This document shows, piece by piece, positions 1 to 15,000 of a stretch of DNA of 64,000 nt. Source of the DNA: Eledone cirrhosa (lineage: Eukaryota). The stretch is taken from positions 5,890,001 through 5,954,000 of the forward strand of contig OZ024742.1 of assembly GCA_964016885.1 (NCBI GenBank). Direction: 5' to 3'. The first letter of the stretch is position 1, and each line of letters begins with the position of its first letter. Both the position numbers and the translations under genes were made by a program. The notes below the pieces were generated by a model that made no database searches, was not told the DNA's origin, and saw only the letters and a list, made by a program, of their open reading frames with translations.

Positions 1-2709
1 CACAAATACCATACTATACATTTAGATCTGGTGGTGGTAGTACAGCCTCGCACAACTACCATACTATATATTTAAATCTGGAGGGGCAGAATAACCTGGC
101 ACAACTACCATACTATATATATTTAGATCTGGAGGTGGAAGAAGAGCCTGGCACAACTACCATACTATATATTTAGATCTGAAGGGGTAGAACAGCTTGG
201 AACAATTACCATATAATATATTTAGATCTGGAGTGGCAGAACAGTCTGGCACCACTACCATACTATACATTTAGATCTGGAGGGGCAGAAGAGCCTGGCA
301 CAACTACCATACTATATATTTAAATCTGGAGGGGTAGAACAGCTTGGCACAACTACCATACTATATATTTAGATCTGGAGGTGGGAGAAGAGCCTGGCAC
401 AATTACCATACTTTATATTTAGATCTGGAGGTGCGAGTACAGCCTGGCACAACTACCATACTATATATTTAGACCTGGAGGTGGAAGAAGTGCCTGGCAA
501 AACTACCATACATATATTTAGATCTGGAGGTGGGAGTAGAGCCTGGCACAACTACCATAATATATATTTAAATCAGGAGGGGCAGAATAACCTGGCACAA
601 CTAGCATACTATATATTTAAATCTGGAGGGGGAGAACAACCTGGCACAATCACCATACTATATATTTAGATCTGGAGCGGCAGAACAGCATAACACAACT
701 ACCATACTATATATTTATATCTGGAGAGGCAGAACAGCTTGGCACAAGTACCATACTATATATTTAGATCTGGAGAGGCAGAACAGCTTGGCACAACTAC
801 CATACTATATATTTATATCTGTCGGTGGAAGAACAATCTGGCATAACTACCATACTATATGTTTAGATCTGGAGGTCCAGAATAGCCTGGCACAACTACC
901 CTACTATATATTTAGATCTGGAGAGGCAGAACGACCTGGCACAACTACCATACTATATATTTTGATCTGGAGGGCCAGAACAGTCTGGCACCACTACCAT
1001 ACTAGATATTTAGATCTGGAGGGGCGGAAGAGCCTTGGATAACTACCATACTATATATTTAAGTCTGGAGGGGAAGAATAAACAGGCACAACTACCATAT
1101 TATATATTGAGATCTGGAGGGGCAGAAGAGCCTGGCACAACTACCATACTATATATTTAGATCTGGAGGGCCAGAACAACCTGACACAACTAGCATATAT
1201 ATATTTAGATCTGGAGGGGCAGTACAGCCTGGCACAACTACCAATATATATATTTAGATCTGGAGGGGCAGAACAGCCTAACACAACTACGATACTATAT
1301 ATTTAGATCTCGAGAGGTAGAACAGCTTGGCATAACTACCATACTATATATTTAGATCTGGAGGGGCAGAACAGTCTGGCACAACTACTATACTATATAT
1401 TTAGATCTGGAGGTGCAGAACAGCATGGCACAACTACCATACTATATATTTAAATCTGGAGGGGCAGAATAACCTGGCACAAATAGCATACTATATATTT
1501 AGATCTGGAGGGGGAAGAAGAGCCTGGCACGACTACTATACTATATATTTAGATCTGGAGAGGCAGAACAGCCTGGCACAAGTACCATACTATTTATTTA
1601 GATCTGGAGGGGCAGAACAGCTTGGCACAACTAACATACTATATATTTATATCTGTCGGTGGAAGAACAATCTGGCACAACTACCATACTATATATTTAG
1701 ATCTGGAGGGCCAGAAGAGCCGGGCACAACTACCCTACAATATATTTAGATCTGGAGGGGCAGAATAGCCTGGCACAACTATCCATACTATATATTTAGA
1801 TGTGGAGGGGCAGAACAACCTGGCACAACTACCATACTATATATTTAGATCTGGAGGGGGAGAACAGCATGGCACAACTACCATACTATATATTTAAATC
1901 TGGAGGGGCAGAATAACCTGGCACAAATACCATACTATATAATTTGATCTGGAGTTGGGAGTACAGCCTGGCACAACTACCATACTATATATTTAAATCT
2001 GCAAGGACAGAATAACCTGGCACAACTACCATACTATATATTTAGATATGGAGGTGGAAGAAGAGCCTGGCACAACTACCATACCATATATTTAGATCTG
2101 GAGGGGAAGAACAGCCTGGCACAACTACCATACTATATATTTAGATCTGGAGGGCTAGAACAACCTGGCACAATCACCATACTATATATTTATATCTGGA
2201 GCGGCAGAACAGCATAACACAACTACCATACTATATATTTAGATCTGGAGAGGCAGAACAGCCAGGCACAACTACCATACTATATATTTAGATCTGGAGG
2301 GGCAGAACAGCCTGGCACAACTACCATACTATACATTTAGATTTGGAGGGGTAGAACAGCTTGGCACAACTAACATACTATATATTTAGATCTAGAGGGG
2401 CAGAACAGTCTGGCACAACTACTATAATATATATTTAGATCTGGAGGGGCAGAACAGCATGGCACAACTTCCATACTATATATTTAGATCTGGAGGTGGA
2501 AGAAGAGCCTGGCACAACTACCATACTATATATTTAGATCTGGAGAGGCAGAACAGCCTGGCACAAGTACCATACTATATATTTAGATCTGGAGGTGGGA
2601 GAAGTGCCTGGCAAAACTACCATACATATATTTAGATCTGGAGGTGGGAGTACAGCCTGGGACAACTACCATAATATATATTTAAATCTGGAGGGGCAGA
2701 ATAACCTAG
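1..2709. repeat. Shortened (2709 bp, about 55 monomers) variant copy of the 5' HOR unit
   Basis: Landmark CACAAATACCATACTATACATTTAGATCTGGTGGTGGTAGTACAGCCTCG starts at 1, 2710, 10094 and 15212. Identical ORF translations at 481 and 3190 (offset 2709). Monomer order matches the next copy but several monomer blocks are absent. Confidence 0.85.
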
Positions 2710-4577
2710 CACAAATACCATACTATACATTTAGATCTGGTGGTGGTAGTACAGCCTCGCACAACTACCATACTATATATTTAAATCTGGAGGGGCAGAA
2801 TAACCTGGCACAACTACCATACTATATATATTTAGATCTGGAGGTGGAAGAAGAGCCTGGCACAACTACCATACTATATATTTAGATCTGAAGGGGTAGA
2901 ACAGCTTGGAACAATTACCATATAATATATTTAGATCTGGAGTGGCAGAACAGTCTGGCACCACTACCATACTATATATTTAGATCTGGAGGGGCAGAAG
3001 AGCCTGGCACAACTACCATACTATATATGTAAATCTGGAGGGGTAGAACAGCTTGGCACAACTACCATACTATATATTTAGATCTGGAGGTGGAAGAAGA
3101 GCCTGGCACAACTACCATACTTTATATTTAGATCTGGAGGTGCGAGTACAGCCTGGCACAATTACCATACTATATATTTAGACCTGGAGGTGGAAGAAGT
3201 GCCTGGCAAAACTACCATACATATATTTAGATCTGGAGGTGGGAGTAGAGCCTGGCACAACTACCATAATATATATTTAAATCAGGAGGGGCAGAATAAC
3301 CTGGCACAACTAGCATACTATATATTTAAATCTGGAGGGGGAGAACAACCTGGCACAATCACCATACTATATATTTAGATCTGGAGCGGCAGAACAGCAT
3401 AACACAACTACCATACTATATATTTATATCTGGAGAGGCAGAACAGCCTGGCACAAGTACCATACTATATATTTAGATCTGGAGAGGCAGAACAGCTTGG
3501 CACAACTACCATACTATATATTTATATCTGTCGGTGGAAGAACAATCTGGCATAACTACCATACTATATGTTTAGATCTGGAGGTCCAGAATAGCCTGGC
3601 ACAACTACCCTACTATATATTTAGATCTGGAGAGGCAGAACGACCTGGCACAACTACCATACTATATATTTAGATCTGGAGGGGCAGAATAACCTGGCAC
3701 AACTACCATACTATATATTTAGATCTGTAGGGGCAGAAGTGCCTGGCACAACTACCATACTGTATATTTTGATCTGGAGGGCTAGAACAGCTTGGCACAA
3801 TTACCATACTATATATTTAGATCTGGAGGGCCAGAACAGTCTGGCACCACTACCATACTAGATATTTAGATCTGGAGGGGCGGAAGAGCCTTGGATAACT
3901 ACCATACTATATATTTAAGTCTGGAGGGGAAGAATAAACTGGCACAACTACCATATTATATATTGAGATCTGGAGGGGCAGAAGAGCCTGGCACAACTAC
4001 CATACTATATATTTAGATCTGGAGGGCCAGAACAACCTGACACAACTAGCATATATATATTTAGATCTGGAGGGGCAGTACAGCCTGGCACAACTACCAA
4101 TATATATATTTAGATCTGGAGGGGCAGAACAGCCTAACACAACTACCATACTATATATTTAGATCTGGAGGGGCTGAATAGCCTGGCACAAGTACCATAC
4201 TATATATTTAGATCTGGAGCGGCAGAACATCTTGGCACAACTACGATACTATATATTTAGATCTCGAGAGGTAGAACAGCTTGGCATAACTACCATACTA
4301 TATATTTAGATCTGGAGGGGCAGAACAGTCTGGCACAACTACTATACTATATATTTAGAACTGGAGGTGCAGAACAGCATGGCACAACTACCATACTATA
4401 TATTTAAATCTGGAGGGGCAGAATAACCTGGCACAAATAGCATACTATATATTTAGATCTGGAGGGGGAAGAAGAGCCTGGCACGACTACTATACTATAT
4501 ATTTAGATCTGGAGAGGCAGAACAGCCTGGCACAAGTACCATACTATTTATTTAGATCTGGAGGGGCAGAACAGCTT

Positions 4578-7500
4578 GGCACAACTACCATACTCTATAT
4601 TTATATCTGTCGGTGGAAGAACAATCTGGCACAAGTACCATACTATATATTTAGATCTGGAGGGCCAGAAGAGCCTGGCACAACTACCCTACTATATATT
4701 TAGATCTGGAGGGGCAGAATAGCCTGGCACAACTATCCATACTATATATTTAGATGTGGTGGGGCAGAACAACCTGGCACAACTACCATACTATACATTT
4801 AGATCTGGAGAGGTAGAACAGCCTGGCACAACTATCCATACTATATATTTAGATGTGGAGGGGCAGAACAACCTGGCACAACTACCATACTATATATTTA
4901 GATCTGGAGGGGCAGAACAGCATGGCACAACTACCATACTATATATTTAAATCTGGAGGGGCAGAATAACCTGGCACAAATACCATACTATATAATTAGA
5001 TCTGGAGTTGGGAGTACAGCCTGGCACAACTACCATACTATATATTTAAATCTGGAAGGACAGAATAACCTGGCACAACTACCATACTATATATTTAGAT
5101 ATGGAGGTGGAAGAAGAGCCTGGCACAACTACCATACCATATATTTAGATCTGGAGGGAAAGAACAGCCTGGCACATCTACCATACTATATATTTAGATC
5201 TGGAGGGGTAGAACAACCTGGCACAATCACCATACTATATATTTATATCTGGAGCGGCAGAACAGCATAACACAACTACCATACTATATATTTAGATCTG
5301 GAGAGGCAGAACAGCCAGGCACAAGTACCATACTATATAGTTAGATCTGGATGGGTAGAACAGCTTGGCATAACTACCATACTATATATTTATATCTGTC
5401 GGTGGAAGAACAATCTGGCATAACTACCATACTATATGTTTAGATCTGGAGGGCCAGAAGAGCCTGACACAACTACCCTACTATAATTTTAGATCTGGAG
5501 AGGCAGATCGGCCTGGCACAACTACCATACTATATATTTAGATCTGGAGGTGGAAAACAGCCTGGACCAACTACCATACTATATATTTAGATCTGGAGGG
5601 GCAGAACAGCCTGGCACAACTACCATACTATACATTTAGATCTGGAGGGGTAGAACAGCTTGGCACAACTAACATACTATATATTTAGATCTAGAGGGGC
5701 AGAACAGTCTGGCACAACTACTATAATATATATTTAGATCTGGAGGGGCAGAACAGCATGGCACAACTTCCATACTATATATTTAGATCTGGAGGTGGAA
5801 GAAGAGCCTGGCACAACTACCATACTATATATTTAGATCTGGAGAGGCAGAACAGCCTGGCACAAGTACCATACTATATATTTAGATCTGGAGGAGCAGA
5901 ACAGCTTGGCACAACTACCATACTATATATTTATATCTGACGGTGGAAGAACAATCTGGCACAACTACCATACTATATATTTATATCTGGAGGGCCAGAA
6001 GAGCCTGGCACAACTACCGTACTATATATTTAGATCTGGAGGGGCAGAACAGCCTGGCACAACTATCCATACTGTATATTTAGATCTGGAGGGGCAGAAC
6101 AACCTGGCACAACTACCATACTGAAAATTTAGAGCTGGAGGGGTAGAACAGCTTGGCACAACAACCATACTATATATTTAGATCTGGAGGGCAGAACAGT
6201 CTGGCACAACTACTATACTATATATTTAGATCTGGAGGTGGAAGAAGTGCCTGGCAAAACTACCATACATATATTTAGATCTGGAGGTGGGAGTACAGCC
6301 TGGGACAACTACCATAATATATATTTAAATCTGGAGGGGGAGAATAACCTGGCACAACTATCATGCTATATATTTATATTTGGAGGTGGAAGAAGACCCT
6401 GGCACAACTACCATACTATATATTTAGATCTGGACGGGTAGAACAACCTGGCACAATTACCATACTATATATTTAGATCTGGAGGGGCAGAACAGCCTGG
6501 CACAACTACCATACTATATATTTAGAATTGGAGGGGCAGAACAGCCTGGCATAACTACCTTACTATATATTTAGATCTGGAGGGGCAGAACAGCCTGGCA
6601 CAAGTACCATACTATACATTTAGATCTGGAGACGCAGAAGAGCCTGGCACAACTACCATACTATATATTTAAATCTGGAGGTGAAGAATAGCTTGGCACA
6701 ACTACCATACTATATATTTAGATATGGAGGTGGAAGAAGAGCCTGGCACAACTACCATATCATATATTTAGATCTGGAGGGGAAGAACAGCCTGGCACAA
6801 CTACCATACTCTATATTTATATCTGTCGGTGGAAGAACAATCTGGCACAAGTACCATACTATATATTTAGATCTGGAGGGCCAGAAGAGCCTGGCACAAC
6901 TACCCTACTATATATTTAGATCTGGAGGGGCAGAATAGCCTGGCACAACTATCCATACTATATATTTAGATGTGGTGGGGCAGAACAACCTGGCACAACT
7001 ACCATACTATACATTTAGATCTGGAGAGGTAGAACAGCCTGGCACAACTATCCATACTATATATTTAGATGTGGAGGGGCAGAACAACCTGGCACAACTA
7101 CCATACTATATATTTAGATCTGGAGGGGCAGAACAGCATGGCACAACTACCATACTATATATTTAAATCTGGAGGGGCAGAATAACCTGGCACAAATACC
7201 ATACTATATAATTAGATCTGGAGTTGGGAGTACAGCCTGGCACAACTACCATACTATATATTTAAATCTGGAAGGACAGAATAACCTGGCACAACTACCA
7301 TACTATATATTTAGATATGGAGGTGGAAGAAGAGCCTGGCACAACTACCATACCATATATTTAGATCTGGAGGGAAAGAACAGCCTGGCACATCTACCAT
7401 ACTATATATTTAGATCTGGAGGGGTAGAACAACCTGGCACAATCACCATACTATATATTTATATCTGGAGCGGCAGAACAGCATAACACAACTACCATAC

Positions 7501-9009
7501 TATATATTTAGATCTGGAGAGGCAGAACAGCCAGGCACAAGTACCATACTATATAGTTAGATCTGGATGGGTAGAACAGCTTGGCATAACTACCATACTA
7601 TATATTTATATCTGTCGGTGGAAGAACAATCTGGCATAACTACCATACTATATGTTTAGATCTGGAGGGCCAGAAGAGCCTGACACAACTACCCTACTAT
7701 AATTTTAGATCTGGAGAGGCAGATCGGCCTGGCACAACTACCATACTATATATTTAGATCTGGAGGTGGAAAACAGCCTGGACCAACTACCATACTATAT
7801 ATTTAGATCTGGAGGGGCAGAACAGCCTGGCACAACTACCATACTATACATTTAGATCTGGAGGGGTAGAACAGCTTGGCACAACTAACATACTATATAT
7901 TTAGATCTAGAGGGGCAGAACAGTCTGGCACAACTACTATAATATATATTTAGATCTGGAGGGGCAGAACAGCATGGCACAACTTCCATACTATATATTT
8001 AGATCTGGAGGTGGAAGAAGAGCCTGGCACAACTACCATACTATATATTTAGATCTGGAGAGGCAGAACAGCCTGGCACAAGTACCATACTATATATTTA
8101 GATCTGGAGGAGCAGAACAGCTTGGCACAACTACCATACTATATATTTATATCTGACGGTGGAAGAACAATCTGGCACAACTACCATACTATATATTTAT
8201 ATCTGGAGGGCCAGAAGAGCCTGGCACAACTACCGTACTATATATTTAGATCTGGAGGGGCAGAACAGCCTGGCACAACTATCCATACTGTATATTTAGA
8301 TCTGGAGGGGCAGAACAACCTGGCACAACTACCATACTGAAAATTTAGAGCTGGAGGGGTAGAACAGCTTGGCACAACAACCATACTATATATTTAGATC
8401 TGGAGGGCAGAACAGTCTGGCACAACTACTATACTATATATTTAGATCTGGAGGTGGAAGAAGTGCCTGGCAAAACTACCATACATATATTTAGATCTGG
8501 AGGTGGGAGTACAGCCTGGGACAACTACCATAATATATATTTAAATCTGGAGGGGGAGAATAACCTGGCACAACTATCATGCTATATATTTATATTTGGA
8601 GGTGGAAGAAGACCCTGGCACAACTACCATACTATATATTTAGATCTGGACGGGTAGAACAACCTGGCACAATTACCATACTATATATTTAGATCTGGAG
8701 GGGCAGAACAGCCTGGCACAACTACCATACTATATATTTAGAATTGGAGGGGCAGAACAGCCTGGCATAACTACCTTACTATATATTTAGATCTGGAGGG
8801 GCAGAACAGCCTGGCACAAGTACCATACTATACATTTAGATCTGGAGACGCAGAAGAGCCTGGCACAACTACCATACTATATATTTAAATCTGGAGGTGA
8901 AGAATAGCTTGGCACAACTACCATACTATATATTTAGATATGGAGGTGGAAGAAGAGCCTGGCACAACTACCATATCATATATTTAGATCTGGAGGGGAA
9001 GAACAGCCT
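4578..9009. repeat. Near-perfect tandem duplication, period 2216 bp (about 45 monomers)
   Basis: Variant TACTCTATAT at 4591 and 6807. ORF pairs 4756/6972, 5758/7974, 5906/8122, 6238/8454 and 6681/8897 are all offset by 2216. Confidence 0.93.
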
Positions 9010-12000
9010 GGCACAACTACCATACTATATATTTAGATCTGGAGGGGTAGAAGAACCTGGCACAATCACCATACTATATATTTATATCTGGAGCGGCAGA
9101 ACAGCATAACACAACTACCATACTATATATTTAGATCTGGAGAGGCAGAACAGCCTGGCACAAGTACCATACTATATAGTTAGATCTGGAGGGGTAGAAC
9201 AGCTTGGCATAACTACTATACTATATATTTATATCTGTCGGTGGAAGAACAATCTGGCATAACTACCATACTATATGTTTAGATCTGGAGGGCCAGAAGA
9301 GGCTGACACAACTACCCTACTATAATTTTAGATCTGGAGAGGCAGATCGGCCTGGCACAACTACCATACTATATATTTAGATCTGGAGGTGGAAGAAAAA
9401 CCTGGCACAACTACCATACTATATATTTAGATCTGGAGGTGGAAAACAGCCTGGACCAACTACCATACTATATATTTAGATCTGGAGGGGCAGAACAGCC
9501 TGGCACAACTACCATACTATACATTTAGATCTGGAGGGGTAGAACAGCTTGGCACAACTAACATACTATATATTTAGATCTAGAGGGGCAGAACAGTCTG
9601 GCACAACTACTATAATATATATTTAGATCTGGAGGGGCAGAACAGCATGGCACAACTTCCATACTATATATTTAGATCTGGAGGTGGAAGATGAGCCTGG
9701 CACAACTACCATACTATATATTTAGATCTGGAGAGGCAGAACAGCCTGGCACAAGTACCATACTATATATTTAGATCTGGAGGGGCAGAACAGCTTGGCA
9801 CAACTACCTTACTATATATTTATATCTGACGGTGGAAGAACAATCTGACACAACTACCATACTATATATTTATATCTGGAGGGCCAGAAGAGCCTGGCAC
9901 AACTACCGTACTATATATTTAGATCTGGAGGGGCAGAACAGCCTGGCACAACTATCCATACTATATATTTACATCTGGAGGGCAGAACAGTCTGGCACAA
10001 CTACTATACTATATATTTAGATCTGGAGAGGCAGAACAGCATGGCACAACTACCATACTATATATTTAAATCTGGAGGGGCAGAATAACCTAGCACAAAT
10101 ACCATACTATACATTTAGATCTGGTGGTGGTAGTACAGCCTCGCACAACTACCATACTATATATTTAAATCTGGAGGGGCAGAATAACCTGGCACAACTA
10201 CCATACTATATATATTTAGATCTGGAGGTGGAAGAAGAGCCTGGCACAACTACCATACTATATATTTAGATCTGAAGGGGTAGAACAGCTTGGAACAATT
10301 ACCATATAATATATTTAGATCTGGAGTGGCAGAACAGTCTGGCACCACTACCATACTATATATTTAGATCTGGAGGGGCAGAAGAGCCTGGCACAACTAC
10401 CATACTATATATTTAAATCTGGAGGGGTAGAACAGCTTGGCACAACTACCATACTATATATTTAGATCTGGAGGTGCGAGTACAGCCTGGCACAACTACC
10501 ATACTATATATTTAGACCTGGAGGTGGAAGAAGTGCCTGGCAAAACTACCATACATATATTTAGATCTGGAGGTGGGAGTAGAGCCTGGCACAACTACCA
10601 TCATATATATTTAAATCAGGAGGGGCAGAATAACCTGGCACAACTAGCATACTATATATTTAAATCTGGAGGGGGAGAACAACCTGGCACAATCACCATA
10701 CTATATATTTAGATCTGGAGCGGCAGAACAGCATAACACAACTACCATACTATATATTTATATCTGGAGAGGCAGAACAGCCTGGCACAAGTACCATACT
10801 ATATATTTAGATCTGGAGAGGCAGAACAGCTTGGCACAACTACCATACTATATATTTATATCTGTCGGTGGAAGAATAATCTGGCATAACTACCATACTA
10901 TATGTTTAGATCTGGAGGTCCAGAATAGCCTGGCACAACTACCCTACTATATATTTAGATCTGGAGAGGCAGAACGACCTGGCACAACTACCATACTATA
11001 TATTTAGATCTGGAGGGGCAGAATAACCTGGCACAACTACCATACTATATATTTAGATCTGTAGGGGCAGAAGTGCCTGGCACAACTACCATACTATATA
11101 TTTTGATCTGGAGGGCTAGAACAGCTTGGCACAATTACCATACTATATATTTAGATCTGGAGGGCCAGAACAGTCTGGCACCACTACCATACTAGATATT
11201 TAGATCTGGAGGGGCGGAAGAGCTTTGGATAACTACCATACTATATATTTAAGTCTGGAGGGGAAGAATAAACTGGCACAACTACCATATTATATATTGA
11301 GATCTGGAGGGGCAGAAGAGCCTGGCACAACTACCATACTATATATTTAGATCTGGAGGGCCAGAACAACCTGACACAACTAGCATATATATATTTAGAT
11401 CTGGAGGGGCAGTACAGACTGGCACAACTACCAATATATATATTTAGATCTGGAGGGGCAGAACAGCGTAACACAACTACCATACTATATATTTAGATCT
11501 GGAGGGGCAGAATAGCCTGGCACAAGTACCATACTATATATTTAGATCTGGAGCGGCAGAACATCTTGGCACAACTACGATACTATATATTTAGATCTCG
11601 AGAGGTAGAACAGCTTGGCATAACTACCATACTATATATTTAGATCTGGAGGGGCAGAACAGTCTGGCACAACTACTATACTATATATTTAGATCTGGAG
11701 GTGCAGAACAGCATGGCACAACTACCATACTATATATTTAAATCTGGAGGGGCAGAATAACCTGGCACAAATAGCATACTATATATTTAGATCTGGAGGG
11801 GGAAGAAGAGCCTGGCACGACTACTATACTATATATTTAGATCTGGAGAGGCAGAACAGCCTGGCACAAGTACCATACTATTTATTTAGATCTGGAGGGG
11901 CAGAACAGCTTGGCACAACTACCATACTCTATATTTATATCTGTCGGTGGAAGAACAATCTGGCACAAGTACCATACTATATATTTAGATCTGGAGGGCC

Positions 12001-15000
12001 AGAAGAGCCTGGCACAACTACCCTACTATATATTTAGATCTGGAGGGGCAGAATAGCCTGGCACAACTATCCATACTATATATTTAGATGTGGTGGGGCA
12101 GAACAACCTGGCACAACTACCATACTATACATTTAGATCTGGAGAGGTAGAACAGCCTGGCACAACTATCCATACTATATATTTAGATGTGGAGGGGCAG
12201 AACAACCTGGCACAACTACCATACTATATATTTAGATCTGGAGGGGCAGAACAGCATGGCACAACTACCATACTATATATTTAAATCTGGAGGGGCAGAA
12301 TAACCTGGCACAAATACCATACTATATAATTAGATCTGGAGTTGGGAGTACAGCCTGGCACAACTACCATACTATATATTTAAATCTGGAAGGACAGAAT
12401 AACCTGGCACAACTACCATACTATATATTTAGATATGGAGGTGGAAGAAGAGCCTGGCACAACTACCATACCATATATTTAGATCTGGAGGGAAAGAACA
12501 GCCTGGCACATCTACCATACTATATATTTAGATCTGGAGGGGTAGAACAACCTGGCACAATCACCATACTATATATTTATATCTGGAGCGGCAGAACAGC
12601 ATAACACAACTACCATACTATATATTTAGATCTGGAGAGGCAGAACAGCCAGGCACAAGTACCATACTATATAGTTAGATCTGGATGGGTAGAACAGCTT
12701 GGCATAACTACCATACTATATATTTATATCTGTCGGTGGAAGAACAATCTGGCATAACTACCATACTATATGTTTAGATCTGGAGGGCCAGAAGAGCCTG
12801 ACACAACTACCCTACTATAATTTTAGATCTGGAGAGGCAGATCGGCCTGGCACAACTACCATACTATATATTTAGATCTGGAGGTGGAAAACAGCCTGGA
12901 CCAACTACCATACTATATATTTAGATCTGGAGGGGCAGAACAGCCTGGCACAACTACCATACTATACATTTAGATCTGGAGGGGTAGAACAGCTTGGCAC
13001 AACTAACATACTATATATTTAGATCTAGAGGGGCAGAACAGTCTGGCACAACTACTATAATATATATTTAGATCTGGAGGGGCAGAACAGCATGGCACAA
13101 CTTCCATACTATATATTTAGATCTGGAGGTGGAAGAAGAGCCTGGCACAACTACCATACTATATATTTAGATCTGGAGAGGCAGAACAGCCTGGCACAAG
13201 TACCATACTATATATTTAGATCTGGAGGAGCAGAACAGCTTGGCACAACTACCATACTATATATTTATATCTGACGGTGGAAGAACAATCTGGCACAACT
13301 ACCATACTATATATTTATATCTGGAGGGCCAGAAGAGCCTGGCACAACTACCGTACTATATATTTAGATCTGGAGGGGCAGAACAGCCTGGCACAACTAT
13401 CCATACTGTATATTTAGATCTGGAGGGGCAGAACAACCTGGCACAACTACCATACTGAAAATTTAGAGCTGGAGGGGTAGAACAGCTTGGCACAACAACC
13501 ATACTATATATTTAGATCTGGAGGGCAGAACAGTCTGGCACAACTACTATACTATATATTTAGATCTGGAGGTGGAAGAAGTGCCTGGCAAAACTACCAT
13601 ACATATATTTAGATCTGGAGGTGGGAGTACAGCCTGGGACAACTACCATAATATATATTTAAATCTGGAGGGGGAGAATAACCTGGCACAACTATCATGC
13701 TATATATTTATATTTGGAGGTGGAAGAAGACCCTGGCACAACTACCATACTATATATTTAGATCTGGACGGGTAGAACAACCTGGCACAATTACCATACT
13801 ATATATTTAGATCTGGAGGGGCAGAACAGCCTGGCACAACTACCATACTATATATTTAGAATTGGAGGGGCAGAACAGCCTGGCATAACTACCTTACTAT
13901 ATATTTAGATCTGGAGGGGCAGAACAGCCTGGCACAAGTACCATACTATACATTTAGATCTGGAGACGCAGAAGAGCCTGGCACAACTACCATACTATAT
14001 ATTTAAATCTGGAGGTGAAGAATAGCTTGGCACAACTACCATACTATATATTTAGATATGGAGGTGGAAGAAGAGCCTGGCACAACTACCATACCATATA
14101 TTTAGATCTGGAGGGGAAGAACAGCCTGGCACAACTACCATACTATATATTTAGATCTGGAGGGGTAGAAGAACCTGGCACAATCACCATACTATATATT
14201 TATATCTGGAGCGGCAGAACAGCATAACACAACTACCATACTATATATTTAGATCTGGAGAGGCAGAACAGCCTGGCACAAGTACCATACTATATAGTTA
14301 GATCTGGAGGGGTAGAACAGCTTGGCATAACTACTATACTATATATTTATATCTGTCGGTGGAAGAACAATCTGGCATAACTACCATACTATATGTTTAG
14401 ATCTGGAGGGCCAGAAGAGGCTGACACAACTACCCTACTATAATTTTAGATCTGGAGAGGCAGATCGGCCTGGCACAACTACCATACTATATATTTAGAT
14501 CTGGAGGTGGAAGAAAAACCTGGCACAACTACCATACTATATATTTAGATCTGGAGGTGGAAAACAGCCTGGACCAACTACCATACTATATATTTAGATC
14601 TGGAGGGGCAGAACAGCCTGGCACAACTACCATACTATACATTTAGATCTGGAGGGGTAGAACAGCTTGGCACAACTAACATACTATATATTTAGATCTA
14701 GAGGGGCAGAACAGTCTGGCACAACTACTATAATATATATTTAGATCTGGAGGGGCAGAACAGCATGGCACAACTTCCATACTATATATTTAGATCTGGA
14801 GGTGGAAGATGAGCCTGGCACAACTACCATACTATATATTTAGATCTGGAGAGGCAGAACAGCCTGGCACAAGTACCATACTATATATTTAGATCTGGAG
14901 GGGCAGAACAGCTTGGCACAACTACCTTACTATATATTTATATCTGACGGTGGAAGAACAATCTGACACAACTACCATACTATATATTTATATCTGGAGG

